Assembly (NCBI GenBank): GCA_951406725.2
Contig: OX597822.1
Span: 110,050,001 to 110,114,000 of the forward strand
Reading direction: 5' to 3'
Length of the DNA stretch: 64,000 nucleotides
From: Octopus vulgaris
Taxonomy: Eukaryota
Part shown: one piece after another, positions 29,219 to 42,778 of the stretch
How positions within the stretch are numbered: the stretch's first letter is position 1
Layout: each line of letters starts with the position of its first letter
Notes under the pieces: generated by a model
Told to the model about the DNA's origin: nothing
The model's database searches: none
The model's input: the letters and a program-made list of their open reading frames with translations, nothing else
Position numbers and translations under genes: made by a program

Positions 29219-30572
29219 TGTTGTATAGTGAAACAGTACACTCCTCCAGGTAAAAGGTGGTAGTAGCCAGCAATTACAAATAGATCAATATGTGTAGACT
29301 GTTGATAGTCGTGTCTGTGCTGATATAGTAATTATACTGAGGGGATGTTCAGCGACTTCGGAATATAACAATATTTGTCAGAGCGACAACCGTCGTCAAA
29401 GGACAGATACAGCAGTGGCAAAAGACCACTTTACAACAGTGGCGACGAGGAAAAATAAATTTACGCGGAGTGAAAAAAAAAAAAACCTAAAAACATTCAC
29501 ATGGAGAGTTTAATCTAATTCACGTGGAAAATTAAATGCATCGACAAAAAAGAAACGAAAATCGTAAAATTTGGAAGACCTGTTAGCTGGGATAGTGGAA
29601 TTACAAAAACAGCAACAACAACAACTCAAGGAACAACGAGAACAGCAACAAATATGGCAGCAGCAAATGTTACACATAATGAAATTGGTAACTAATCCGG
29701 AGAATACATTTTCACCTGATCATGTGCGAATTCAGATATGACCCTGAAGAAGGAGTAAACCTCGAGGCTTACTTTCGAAGACTTCAACAAATCTTTGAAA
29801 ATCAATATCAGTATTGGGTGGATGAAAACGCATCTAGTTTTAAGAAAACTAGAGACTGCAGAGCATGAAAAATATAGTAAGTCTATATTGTCAAAAAAGA
29901 GCTTCATGTGGGATACCCAGGCATCTCTAGAATGAAAGGACAGATACGAAGTTTCGTATACTGGCCAAGCATGGACAAGGAAGTTGAAAACTTGGTAAAA
30001 GGCCGCAGAAGATGTGCACTGGCAGCGGAAATACCTACTACAAAATGTGAACTTTGGCTGGAAGTGAAAATACCATGAAAATACCAAGGTCGAAAAGGTC
30101 AAGAGTACGTGTAGACTGTGTTGATAGTCGTGTCTGTGCTGATATAGTACTTATACTGTGATACTGAGGGGACGTTTGAGGATAATGTCATTGTACGACT
30201 GGGAGTCGTACAGTCCCAGATAGAAGCATTCTATCGACGGCTTTGGAATATAACAATACCTATTTCTTTATTGCCCACAAGGGGCTAAACACAGAGAGGA
30301 CAAACGAGGACAGACAAACGGATTAAGTCGATTATATCGACCCCAGTGCGTAACTGGTACTTATTTAATCCACCCAGAAAGCATGAAAGGCAAAGTCGAC
30401 CTCGGCGGAATTTGAACTCAGAACGTGACAGCAGACGAAATGCCGATAAGTATTTCGCCCGGCGTGCTAACAGTTCTGCCAGCTCGCCGCCTTGGAATAT
30501 AACAATATCTGTCAAAGCAACAACCGTCGTACAAAGACAGATACACCAGCAGCAAAAGATTGCTTTACAACA
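29219..30572 (+). mobile_element. Internally deleted Gypsy (Mag-like) LTR retrotransposon
   Basis: TGTTGT...ACAACA termini; 5' LTR 29219-29438, PBS TGGCGACGAGG 29440-29450, Q-rich gag relic, integrase zinc-finger relic (PGISRMK..RSFVYWPSMDKEVE), partial 3' LTR about 30108-30572; degenerate TSD CATAG/CGTAT. Confidence 0.8.
30259..30491 (-). mobile_element. SINE family B with 16 bp TSD
   Basis: TSD TTGGAATATAACAATA at 30243-30258 and 30492-30507; GCCTTTCAT...GATTAAATAAGTACCA central domain (Meta/MESC-like). Confidence 0.92.
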
Positions 30573-31413
30573 CGTATAAAATTCAAATGCATCAAATGCT
30601 GTCAGAAGGGGATTGCCATGCACGGCTAACTTTCTGCCACCAGTTCAATGAAAAGATTAATATCAAAAATTCCTTTCTGAGTAATTTAATGTTTTGCAAG
30701 GAAGCAACATTCCACATTAGTGGAAAGTTCAGCAGGAATAATTGCCGTGTTTGAGAGGCTGAAGAGCCAAAATAATCTGTTGAACATGAAAGAGATTCTC
30801 CTAAAGTTAATATCTGGTGTGCTTTGGGAGAAAATCGAATCATTGGGCCATTCTTCTTTGAAGGGCCTGTTGTTAATGGTTATCACTATTTAGAGATGCA
30901 GTAAAATTACTTTATTCCTTCGCTTGACCAATTAAATCTGAAAGAGGATGCAGTGCTTCAACAGAGTGGTACATCTTGTCACTTTGCCCGGCAAGTTAGG
31001 CAATTTCTAAATAAAAAATTCTCTGAAAGGTGGATCGAAAGAAGTGGACCGTTATCTTGGCCTCCATGGTCACCAGATTTGACTCTATTGAATTTCTTTC
31101 TATGGGGACATATGAAAAGTAACGTTTATTGAACTAAAGCTCGATCTTTGGAAGACATGCAAGCTAGGATAATTGACGTGATTGATGGTATTGCTGAAAA
31201 CCAGTTGCAAAGTGTTTTCTGAGAACTACAAACTATCGTTTGTATATTTAATGATGGTAGTTATTGGTCTCTTTTCTCTGTTGCAGTTGATGTTGCTTTA
31301 GTGTCACGATAGGTGAATCATATGACATTAATGCAGATTTAAGGCCACGGCCAGCATCCTTGCGTGGGAAGCATAGCTTGGGTGGTTTGGCTATTTTTGA
31401 GCTGTTGACAACC

Positions 31414-31820
31414 ATGTATGTATGTGTGTGTGTATGTATGTATGTCTGTCTGTCTGTCTGTATGTATTATGTATGTGTGTGTATATGTGTGTGTGCATGT
31501 GTGTGTGTATGTGTGTGTATGTGTGTGTATGTATGTGTGTATGTATGTGTGTATGTATGTGTGTGTATATGTATGTGTGTATGTGTGTGTATGTATGTAT
31601 GTATACGTATGTTTGTGTGTACGTACGTAGTACGTATGTATGTATACGTGCAAATTTGTATGTTTTGCTCTATGTATGTCTTCTCATGCATATGCTTGCA
31701 TATCTAAATTTCTAGAAAGTTTTACAGTTCTTTACAGTTCCAGTGATGGATTGACCGCAAGTATGTATGTACGGATGATGGATATATGGATGTATGTATG
31801 TATGCATTCATCTCTACAGG

Positions 31821-31871
<51 letters not shown>

Positions 31872-31895
31872 ATATATATATACACATATATATAT

Positions 31896-31945
<50 letters not shown>

Positions 31946-31946
31946 T

Positions 31947-31993
<47 letters not shown>

Positions 31994-32150
31994 GTATATT
32001 TTCGTATATATATATATATATAAATTATATCCATATCGATATATACATATATACATACGTATACATATATATATATACATATATATATACATACATTACA
32101 TACATACATGCACTAATGAATACACTACTAATGAACACACACACATATAA
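31414..32150. repeat. Compound (TG/TATG/TA/CA) microsatellites
   Basis: Direct reading. Confidence 0.9.
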
Positions 32151-32879
32151 TTTTAGTTCGTCTGGAATGTGATGTTTATTGTTTTATATAGGGACAAATA
32201 CTTTTAGATTTCTTCAGAATTTGATTGCGCCATTGAAGAATGTTTTGGTCATGTTTCCCGAGCGTAAAATAGCCACAGTTCAAATGCCAAATGTTACAAG
32301 AGCGAACTTTGCTTCCTGGACTGTTTCTCCCTTGACACTATCAAATCTACACTTATCGCTCGAGTAATCTAGAGACAGAATCTTTCTAATTTGATAAGGA
32401 AATGGCAATCAGTGTGGAGATGAAAATAACTAATCGATAAATACATTTTGTGATTTCCGATCGATTTCGATGTAGATTATCATAATTCCCAAACTATATA
32501 AAAAGATATTAAAAAAAATTTCCTTGTTAGGTAGTTATGATTATATGGTCAATGTTGAAGTCAGAAAGCTTATAAAAGAAATGTTCTAAACATCAAGCAT
32601 AGCATGAATATTTTAAATCAGTCTCACAAATTTCCTACCAAATTATTCATTTTTACCAAAAATAAAAGAAAGAAAAATTATCGTAGAGATTGTCTTCAGT
32701 ATTTATATTCCAACTTGATTCGAATAACGTCACACACCAGTGCCATAAAATCTTTGACTAATTATTGAACTCTACTCTCTCCCTCAGCTCTACCTCTCCC
32801 CCATCTCCATTCCCCGTTTTCCCGCTCTCCCTCTTTCTCTCTTTATCGTGACTGTAACATTTTCCTTTCTCCTTACTAC

Positions 32880-33075
32880 AAGCACAAGACTTGAACTTTT
32901 GGGAAATGGGTAAGTCTATTATATCGACCTCAGTGATCAACTAGTGCTCATTTCATCGACCACGAAAGAATTAAAGGCAACATTGACCTTAGTGGAATTT
33001 GAACTCAGAATATAAAAACGGACGAAATGCCACAAAAATTTTGTCCGGCATGCTAATTATTTACTAGCCCGCCAC
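32880..33075 (-). mobile_element. Decayed SINE family B
   Basis: Homology to 30259-30491. Confidence 0.7.
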
Positions 33076-33198
33076 CCTCTCATTCGTGACTATAATGGTC
33101 TCGGATTTGTTGAATCTGTCTACACTTTATTTAACTGCTTGGTGGATTCTTCTTTTCTCTAGCTGGCATTTCTATATCTCATCTTCAGACTTCTTATT

Positions 33199-33790
33199 TC
33201 TTTATTGCCCACACGGGGCTAAACATAGAGGGGGAAAACAAGGACAGACAAAGGGTTTAAATCGATTACATCGATTTAACCCCTTTGCGTAACTGTTACT
33301 TAATTTATCGACCCCGAAAGGATGAAAGGCACAGTCGATCTCGGCGGAATCTGAACTCAGAACGTAACGGCAGACGAAATACCTATTTCTTTACTACTCA
33401 CAAGGGGCTAAACACAGACATGACAAGCAAGGACAGACAAAGGGATTAAGTCGATTATATCGACCCCAGTACGTAACTGGTACTTATTTAATAGACCCCG
33501 AAAGGATGAAAGGCAAAGTCGATCTGAATTTGAACTCAGAACGTAGCGGCAGACGAAATACCTATTTCTTTACTACCCACAAGGGGCTAAACACAGAGAG
33601 GACAAAGGACAGTCAAACGGATTAAGTCGATTATATCGACCCCAGTATGTAACTGGTACTTATTTAATCGACCCCGAAAGGATGAAGGGCAAAGTCGACC
33701 TCGGCGGAATTTGAACTCAGAACATAACGGCAGACGAAATACCGTTAAGTATTTCGTCCGGCGTGCTAATGATTCTGCCAGCTCGCCGCC
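33199..33790 (-). mobile_element. Trimeric SINE family B inside a single TSD
   Basis: One head plus three body units; TSD TTCAGACTTCTTATT at 33184-33198 and 33791-33805. Confidence 0.9.
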
Positions 33791-34471
33791 TTCAGACTTC
33801 TTATTAAACACTTTACTCAACCACCGTCACTACAAATCTCTCCGCCTGCAATTCTCTCCTTGATCATGTTTCCCTCTTTAAACATATAGTCAATGGAAGG
33901 AAACTTTAGTACCATCAGTATTACAGAAAATCCTTTAAAAGAGACTAAAAGGCAGTAATCACTCCATCAAAACGTGGTCATCAGTACAATGTCGCTCAGT
34001 CTGATAGAAACGGCAGAAGAATCTCCCTCCAACAACACCCTACTGTTTTAAATAAAGCAAGGACACATTAGATAACGTGGTGCTGTATATTCATTAAAAT
34101 GCGAAGTGACCACGGCTGAAGTGTTTTGGGGCATAGGCCTGCTCAATCATGGTTGGATTGGTGTTAAACAACAACAATAACAACAGCAGCAACAACAACA
34201 ATGACAACAGCAGTAGCAACAACAACAATAATAATAACAACAGCAAATTGAAAATGTTTTATTTCTAAGAGGCAAAATATTTAGAATACCAAAATTTTTA
34301 ATGTTTGTAAACTAATATAATTACGAGAAGACAATTACAGGTTTGGAGGATAATGAGATTGTTTGACAAGCATAGCTTCACAAGCGATTTAGCAGCGTGA
34401 GTAAAGTGAATCGTCTTCAAGTCAGGAATTATAGACAGAGCAGACTCCTGTCACCTCATTCATCAACTCTT

Positions 34472-34785
34472 CGTGAAGGAACATGGCCTAGTTGTCTGAG
34501 CAGCGGAATCGCGGTCGAGGGATCGCGGGTTCGAATCTCAGACCGGGTGGTGTGTGTGTTTATGAGCGAAACACCTAAGCTCCACGCGGTTCCGGCAGAA
34601 GGTAATGGCGAACTTCTGCTGACTCTTTCGCCACAACTTTCTCTCTCTCTCTTTCCTCCTGCATCTTGCAGCTCACATGCAACGGACCGGCGTCCCGTCC
34701 AGGTGGGGAACCTATACGCCAAGGAAACCGGGAAACCGGTCCTTATGAGACAGGCATGGCTCGAGAAGGAACAAACAACAAACAA
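34472..34785 (+). mobile_element. SINE family C variant with 15 bp TSD
   Basis: tRNA-like head with GGTTCGAATC, (AAC/AAAC) tail; TSD CATTCATCAACTCTT at 34457-34471 and 34786-34800. Confidence 0.9.
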
Positions 34786-36489
34786 CATTCATCAACTCTT
34801 ACCGTCTCTTTCATAGACTCTTCTCATCTCTTGCGTAGCCTTCTTCTATCTATTTCATAGACACTTCCCATCCTTTTCATAGCATAAACGCTTCCCACGT
34901 TGCTCTAATATATTGGCCTGTATGTTTTCATATTCTCTCTAACCACTTTCTCTTAATAAGAACAGTGTGGCCTTTTTTGAGTCACTGTGTTAAGTTTTTC
35001 AGCAAGAAAACTTAAACTAGCCTCTTTAAATGGTCGCTCGACCTGCGAAAAATAGTAGCCAAGTCTCTATTTCGAAAAAAAGAAAAAACAAAGAAAATAT
35101 TGGATCATTTTGTCCCGGGTTTTATTTAAGTAAAATAAAGGATGGAGTAGTGTGGTTAAAGTTTCAATGTCTTTGATTATATTTGATCAGGGCCAAATTG
35201 GAAGGAAAATAGACTTCTTTATGAATTCTCAGATCTATAGCGATGAACCAGCCTTGTATAGAAAGCAAGGCCTCACAAGTCGATTAAATTAGGGCCTCTC
35301 TTATCAAAGGCCGACACTAGACTTGAGTGGTTAAGGCTAATGCAGATTTAAATGTCATCTCCATATAATGATTACACTCATAAAAGTATAGATTCAATAT
35401 TTTGGATCAACATTATCGATTAATGGGAGACACTTAAAGTCACAGATGGTTGAAATGGGAAGTTAACTGCATTAGAATACGAGCCGAAAACTCAACACCA
35501 GAATTTATATTGACAATGCAAAAGAACGAAATCAAATATCGTAATAAATTATATTTAACGCTGTACCGATTCTGAGATGCAAAATTTTAATCTTACCAAG
35601 AATCAGTGATGGAAATGTAGGCTACACAGAGAGCGGCGTTCCTTTGGTTTCCACCTCACGGAGGAGCAGTGGTGGTGGTTTATAGCATCTTGTCTCACTT
35701 ACCCAACCTCGGCCTCTTGGATCTTAGCGTACTATTAAATCTTAACACCCATCGCTATCATTGCCAAGTATTAAACGAAAGTTTTCGTTACTTTTTTTTT
35801 CTCGAATCCAAGATAACCAATTACTATGTATTTTGGCATCACAAGACCACGAACTACTCATTGCAACGATTGTTAAAAGTCTATTTTTTAAATTTTTGTT
35901 TGGGTGTAATTTATCTTCAGATTTCATTTCACAGTATATAATTATCTGGTGCAAGTCTAGAAACCGTTGTGTGATCTGGTCGATAACAAAAGTGAACTGC
36001 AATGGATATACAGTAGGTGAATAGTATTCTGAGGTGAGAATACATACGTGCTGTGTGTGATTTGGAAATGAAGTACTACAATGGTTTTTGTTATCAAAGA
36101 GTACAGGTCCTCACGATGACTACCAAGAAACTATATGCCGTGGCATTTCATCCCTCCTTAATGATGAGCCATGTTTCATGCAGTACGCTTCTCTTAAAAG
36201 GATGCTCATGCCTGAACTAGACAAAACTTTTTAACCTAGGTGGTACCAAACCCGTAGGGCGGTGGCAAATTTTATATGGATAATATGGAGATAGAAGGGA
36301 CGTAGGGTGTATATTTGCAATAGTATACTATTTTTATAATCCTTGTCTCGTATTTGAATAATTATTTGAAAGAAAATTTTAAATGTCATATTACAATTAT
36401 TACAATAATCTGCCTGCTAGGTACAAACACAACACCAATAATAAGCATCGAATTGCGAATAAGCAAATAAACAAAGCTGAATATTTGTA

Positions 36490-36815
36490 GGTGCAGGGGT
36501 GTCCGTGTGGTAAGACGTTAGCTTCCCAACCACAAGGTTCTGGGTTCAGCCCTACTGCGTATCACTTTGGGCAAATGTCTTCTACTCTAGTCGTGGAACA
36601 ACTAGATAGAAACTGAGGGAAACCCATCGTATATATACAGGTTGGGTGGAAAGTAACTAGGCATCAAAAGTTAGCGGTATTTCGTCTGCCGTTACGTTCC
36701 GAGTTCAAATTCCGCCGAAGTCGACTTTGCCTTTCATCCTTTCGGGGTCGATAAATTAAGTGTCTGTCTTTGTTTGTCTCCTCTATGTTTAGCCCCTTGT
36801 GGGCAATAAAGAAAT
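36490..36815 (+). mobile_element. Adjacent SINE A 5' fragment and SINE B fragment
   Basis: 36490-36635 matches the A head; 36670-36815 matches the B body. Confidence 0.75.
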
Positions 36816-36917
36816 AATTTTCTTTTCGTATCAATGAAGTCCTGACAACACTAATGGAACTTTCTTATTTTCTTATTGTCTTATATCTTGTTTCTTGTTT
36901 TCCAGCTGGCCGGTCGG

Positions 36918-37295
36918 GAGGCGCAATGGTCCAGTGGTTAGGGCAGCGGACTCGCGGTCGTAGGATCGCGGTTTCGATTCCCAGACCGGGCGTTGTGAGT
37001 ATTTATTGAGCGAAAACACCTAAAGCTCCATGAGGCCCCGGCAGGGATGGTGGTGATCCCTGCTGTACTCTTTCACCACAACTTTCTCCAACTCTTACTT
37101 CCTGTTTCTGTTGTACCTGTATTTCAAAGGGTCGGCCTTGTCACTCTCTGTGTCACGCTGAATATCCCCGAGAACTACGTTAAGGGTACACGTGTCTGTG
37201 GAGTGCTCAGCCACTTGCACGTTAATTTCACGAGCAGGCTGTTCCGTTGATCGGATCAACCGGAACCCTCGTTGTCGTAACCGACGGAGTGATTC
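36918..37295 (+). mobile_element. SINE family C
   Basis: tRNA-like A and B boxes (TGGTCCAGTGG, GGTTTCGATTCC); its 3' half differs from the copies at 20315 and 34472. Confidence 0.85.
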
Positions 37296-38045
37296 TCTCT
37301 CTCTCTCTCAGGAGTGAGTTAAGATAGCAGCACGCTATGAAGTGGACTAACAAGATACACAATACGCATGGTGTTGCATAAAGAGTTGAATTTTCGTCCG
37401 TTTTATATATTAAGTGTAGGTACATAAACTTGGGGCGGTGGCAGAGCATGGAACAGTAGCAGTATGGAAAGAAGGTTGGAAAAGTATTAGTAATAATAAA
37501 ATGGGGTGACAGGTAAATGGGGTGACTGGTCATGACCCCTTATTATCATTGATGGTACCTTCTACCTCGCTGTAAATATGTACTATCATAGGCATCACAC
37601 ACTTTCTTAGACATGAATATAAAATAAATGACGTCTAATTTCTTTCTAGTAAGTCGAAATCTACTTTTCGGTAGACGTCAGCAGGATGCCAGTACTACTG
37701 GATTCCTCTGAAGAACTCAGGCGTAATGATATATTGGTCAGTACTGAGGCAGTGATATATTGGTCAGTCATAGGGTGAGTTGTGAGTAATGCAATGTTGA
37801 TAGTTAGGGAGTCAGTGACCGGTAAATTTTGTGCAGTAGTTTCGACAGATGGTCTGGTATTGGTAAAATTGTATCGAATAGTTGCCGTTATTGATCTTAG
37901 AGCCAGACATGTCAATTAGTAAATGACAGATCCCAGCAGGAAGAATTCAATCGATGTATTCAGGTCGATATCCAAAACTATATTACAATATAGCAATAAC
38001 TATGAGGCTTTTAACATTGAAGGATAATTTTGTAAACACCCCTGT

Positions 38046-38412
<367 letters not shown>

Positions 38413-38901
38413 TACTTCTCTCTCACGCTCTCTCTCTCTCTATCTATCCACATACATAAATATATGCATATACACACAGCACACAAATACGTACACAAAC
38501 ACACGTGCGCACATGCATACTTGTATACACAATACATGAACTTATGCATGTACATACATACATATATACTAATATATATTCACCCGTCTCCAAGTATTTA
38601 TGTCTCTCTCTGTTTTTCTCACTCTCTCTCTTTCTCTATGTCTCTATGCATATACAGGGTATTTGAGAGTACTGAATTTTCAGTATATTACTCTCTTCAA
38701 CGAGAAGGTATTATTTCCTCCTGATTCCTCACGCCGGATAAAACGCTAACGAAAAAAAAAAGAAAGGAAGGAAGGATCAGACATGCAGTCATTGTTGCAG
38801 TATATACGGAAGGCAGCGGTTTAGAAAATTGTCAAATTCCTAAACGTTGCAAAATCTTTTGTACACGGAATTCAGAAGGAATTGGAAGCTTCTAGCAGGA
38901 T

Positions 38902-39300
38902 TACTCTCTTTTACTCTTTCACTTGTTTCAGTCATTTGACTGTCGCCATGCTGGAGCACCGCCTTTATTCGAGCAAATCGACCCCAGGACTTATTCTTTG
39001 TAAGCCTAGTACTTATTATATCGGTCTCTTTTGCCGAACAGCTAAGTTACCAGCATCGGTTGTAAAGGGATTTGGGAAGACAAACACAGACACAAACATA
39101 TACACACATACATATATAAATATATACATATATACGACTGGCTTCTTTCAGCTTCCATCTACCAAATCCACTCACAAGGCTTTGGTCAGCCCGAGGCTAT
39201 AGTATAAGACACTTGCCCAGGATGCCACGCAGTGGGACTGAACCCGGAACCATGTGGTTCATAAGCAAGCTACCTACCACACAGCCACTCATACGCCTAT
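38902..39300 (-). mobile_element. SINE family A
   Basis: Homology to 3150-3555. Confidence 0.9.
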
Positions 39301-39589
39301 GGTTTAAATTGTATCTTAAAGAAAAAAAAACATTGTAAATATTCGGGCATTATAAGCACACAGCAATTTATGTAACATTATCGATGATCCTTGAAAATCA
39401 ATGAGGGTCATCGCCAAATAAATTCAGGGGTCTGAGTGGAATATTAATACTGTGGTGTACGAGAACATTCGATACCAATGGTATGTACTGAGGAAAGGCC
39501 AATTCATATCTGCAAAGACAGAGGACAACTGTATCATTCGTGCCAAGCAGTACATAACAAATTTAAAAACCCTCATTATGCGTGCATAT

Positions 39590-39815
39590 GCACAGGGAGT
39601 GTAGCAAAAGACTGCATACCACACTCAGTTCTTCCAGGAACCACTATCTTCAGCGACCTGAAATCCTGGACTATGATTTCAAACACAGAACTGTGAACCA
39701 TAGCATTGAATCTATAAACACAAAAGATGGGACTCACACTCAACAAATTGAATGTACCTGGGCATCTTTAAAGCGTGGAATCAAACGCTGGTGTGGGACA
39801 CACTGTTCCATGATT
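39590..39815 (+). mobile_element. Merlin (IS1016/ISXO2-like) transposase fragment
   Basis: VLPGTTIFSD / HRTVNHS...DGTHTQQIECTWASLK motifs. Confidence 0.75.
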
Positions 39816-39844
39816 GTCTCTGTGAATTTATGTAGAGGAGATAT

Positions 39845-40420
39845 GAGAAAGCTATGGCTCTTCTTAAATGTGAAAAACTTTGACCAACACCAAAAGTCAA
39901 ACTGGAGAAATGATAAATCGTTATGTGTAGATCCTTCAGGTTTCAGTGTGTGATGCACACAAAATTCCCAGCCACTGTGATGCTTCTCAGAGTTGTGAAT
40001 AACGAAAGTCATATCATGCCACTTCACATCTGTTCGCATTATTTTATACTTGATGCTGGTTACGTTGAAGTTCTGGAGAGAGTTGCTAAGCCGTGGATGG
40101 ATGAAGTACGCAATTGAAGGCCATACATATTTCAACCACAACTCAGCGCCTTCCCACAAAGTGCAACTAACCGAAGACGGATATCAGCCAGCCTTTACGA
40201 TCATGTAACACTAAATTTTCGGCCTCCAAACACGCCAGATTTTAATCCCACGGATACTACGTTTTTAGTATTATTGAAAAGGAAGCTAATTAATATCCTC
40301 ATTGAAGGCGGCTGTTACCTAGGTGATGTCCGGAATGAATAGGGACTATATAGCTAAAGCATGTTGATTCTGGTCTCGCATTCAAGTACTCATCGAAGCT
40401 GAAGGCAGTTTCATAGAATA
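39845..40420 (+). mobile_element. Decayed maT/DD37D-like Tc1/mariner transposase
   Basis: KNFDQHQKSNWRND...VMHTKFPATVM...KPWMDEV...NSAPSHK...RPPNTPDFNP...IEAEGSFIE. Confidence 0.75.
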
Positions 40421-40430
40421 ATATGATATA

Positions 40431-41689
40431 TCAGGTCATCCCATAAGTTCTGTCCGATTTTATCTTTTTTTTAAAATTGAATGAAATTTAATAGTATTTT
40501 AGAATGTCTAATGGAATTAAAAATTATTTTAGTGCATTTGTGTACATTTGAACTAATTAAATATTATTTTACAGAATAATAGGATTAAAATTTCTTTGAT
40601 TTAAACTCTTTCTAACATGGAGAGCATTTGAGACACGTAATGTTTTATGAGTACAAAAAGGAAACTCTGCAGCCGAAGCGACTCAGTTTATGGAAAAAAA
40701 TGTTTGAATGAAAGAACTTGCAGAAGATGGTTTGTAAAATTCAAAAATGGAGATTTCAGCCTTGAAGATGAAGATCGAACAGAACGTCCAGTTGAGTTTA
40801 ATGATAAGCTCCTTGAGGCATTACTTAAAGAAAATCCTGCATTATTAGTTGAAGAATTGGCAATAAAGTTTAGTTCAAACCAGTTCATCGTCATCTTCAA
40901 CAACTTGGAAAGGTTCCTAAACTTGGAAAGTGCGTGCTTCATGGATTGTCCGAAAGCAACCGTAAATCCTGAATTGAAATCTGCTCTTCTCTCCATTCTC
41001 GCGAATTCATTTCACCCTTTTTGGATAGACTTGTGACTGGTGACAAAAAATGGATCTTCTATCGAAATGTTAAACGTCGTAAACAGTGGCTTGGTAAAAG
41101 GGAAAAAGCTCAACTACAACCGAGAAGGGAATTTCATGGAAGAAAGGTTCTTCTCTCTATCTGGTGGGATTGCAAAGGAGTAATTCACTTTGAATTGTTA
41201 CCACTTAATGCAACAATCAATGCTCAAGTCTACTATCAGCAATGAGAGCGTTTGAACCAAGCTTTGAAGAAAAAAGACCCGCTTTAGTGAAGCGAAAAGG
41301 ATTGATGTTTCATCAGGACAATGCGCGACTCCACACTGCAAAGGTCACATCACAGATGATCGAAGAGCTTGGTTGGGAAAAAATTTCTCATCCACCTTAT
41401 TCTCCCGACCTTGCTCCTTCAGACTACCATTTGTTTTGTATTTTACAGAATCATTTGGGGAACATAACTTTTGAAAGCCAGGAGGAGGTCGAAAATGACG
41501 TTTCAGAGTTCTTCGCTCTGAAACCAAAAGAGTTTTACATTGATGGGATTAAAAAGCTTGTAAATAGATGGAAGGAAGTCATAGATAATCAGGGAAAGTA
41601 CATTGAGGATTAAATTTCAATTAAATATAACTTTTGATTACTTGTTTTTCTTTATTCAGAATTCGGACAGAACTTATGGGATGACCTGA
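40431..41689 (+). mobile_element. Full-length mariner (DD34D) element, transposase frameshifted
   Basis: 27 bp TIRs TCAGGTCATCCCATAAGTTCTGTCCGA at both ends, TA flanks; LVTGDKKWIFY, HQDNARLH, HPPYSPDLAPSDYHLF. Confidence 0.95.
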
Positions 41690-41831
41690 TAATATGATAT
41701 AATATATATATATATAAATTATCTATGACACATACTCAGGTTTTTCGTTCAAGATGAAAAAGTTGGCGATGTAACTTTTATTTAGGGTCCAGTTAAGAAT
41801 ATTGTAGCTGTAACTTATAAGTGGGACAGCA

Positions 41832-41873
<42 letters not shown>

Positions 41874-42520
41874 GATTCTATGTTTGACTTTTGCTTTACA
41901 TTTGTACAAGCTGGCTCCAAGTCTCACCCAGAGACCTCAAGAGACAACAAGTTGGAAGTTCATGCTGGTGTTATGCCTAGGGTGCCATATATTTGGTTTT
42001 GTACTTAGTGTTGTAGTAGTGAATGTCTAAAAAACCCATAAGAAAATGTGTGTTTTAAAACCTGAGATTATATAGAAAGTATTTTGCGTAGGGTATAAGC
42101 AGTTCCCATAAGCACTAGCTTTTGGATTTCTACCAATTTTGGGTTTCCTGGTATCTGAGTTACGTAGCAATCAGCCCCTTTAGCTATCATTCCCAGGGAA
42201 CCTATGGCAACAGGTATTGTTTTAGTCTCTAGGTTCCACATTTTGCTGATTTCTAATTGAAGATCTTTATACTTGCTCAGTTTTTGGTAGGTCTTGACAG
42301 ATACGCTTATATCGATTGGGACAGTCATATCAATGAGGAGGCATGATTTTTGTCTGAAGTTTTTCAATATGATGTCTGGCCTATTCGCATCTATTTTTGT
42401 GTCAGTTTGAATGGTGAACTTCCAAAGGAGTGAGATGTGATCATTTTCAAGCACTGGAGGTGGTTTGTGTTCCCACCAGTTTTTATTATGGGGCAAGTCC
42501 AGGCTTTTGCAAATTATGCA
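41832..42520 (-). mobile_element. RLE-type non-LTR retrotransposon 3' end (R4/Dong-like) with (AAT)n tail
   Basis: ORF 42068-42496: RPDIILK..CLLIDMTVP..KLSKYKDL (PD-D/ExK endonuclease). Confidence 0.88.
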
Positions 42521-42778
42521 TTTCCCTACTTTTAGGTCACTTTAAATAAAACCCTTGATTCAATAGCACTGTACAAACTCTATAGTTGGAATGACCAATT
42601 CTAAATACTATTGGACTTTACTCACAAGGTATTGGAATCATATATATGCCATTCTGCCTAAATACTGGATATACAAATGCAATATCCCTGCATATCTCAC
42701 ATCTGTTTTCATTCCCCAGCTTCACTCTCTATTTCGTATCTTATCTAAATTAACTATTGCTTGACCATTTTCTCACAC

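Larger units (their letters stand above)
28702..31260 (+). mobile_element. Decayed Tc1/Tc3-like DNA transposon split by a Gypsy insertion
   Basis: TA|CCGGGTGTTTATAAAGTC end; the reading ...ILRPKLH stops at 29211 and resumes YKIQMHQML at 30575; later FCKEATFH, WPPWSPDLTLLNFFLWG. Confidence 0.8.

Noticed and set aside
36918-36995. tRNA gene candidates (also SINE A and B heads)
   Set aside because: They continue into SINE bodies and no complete cloverleaf is evident.
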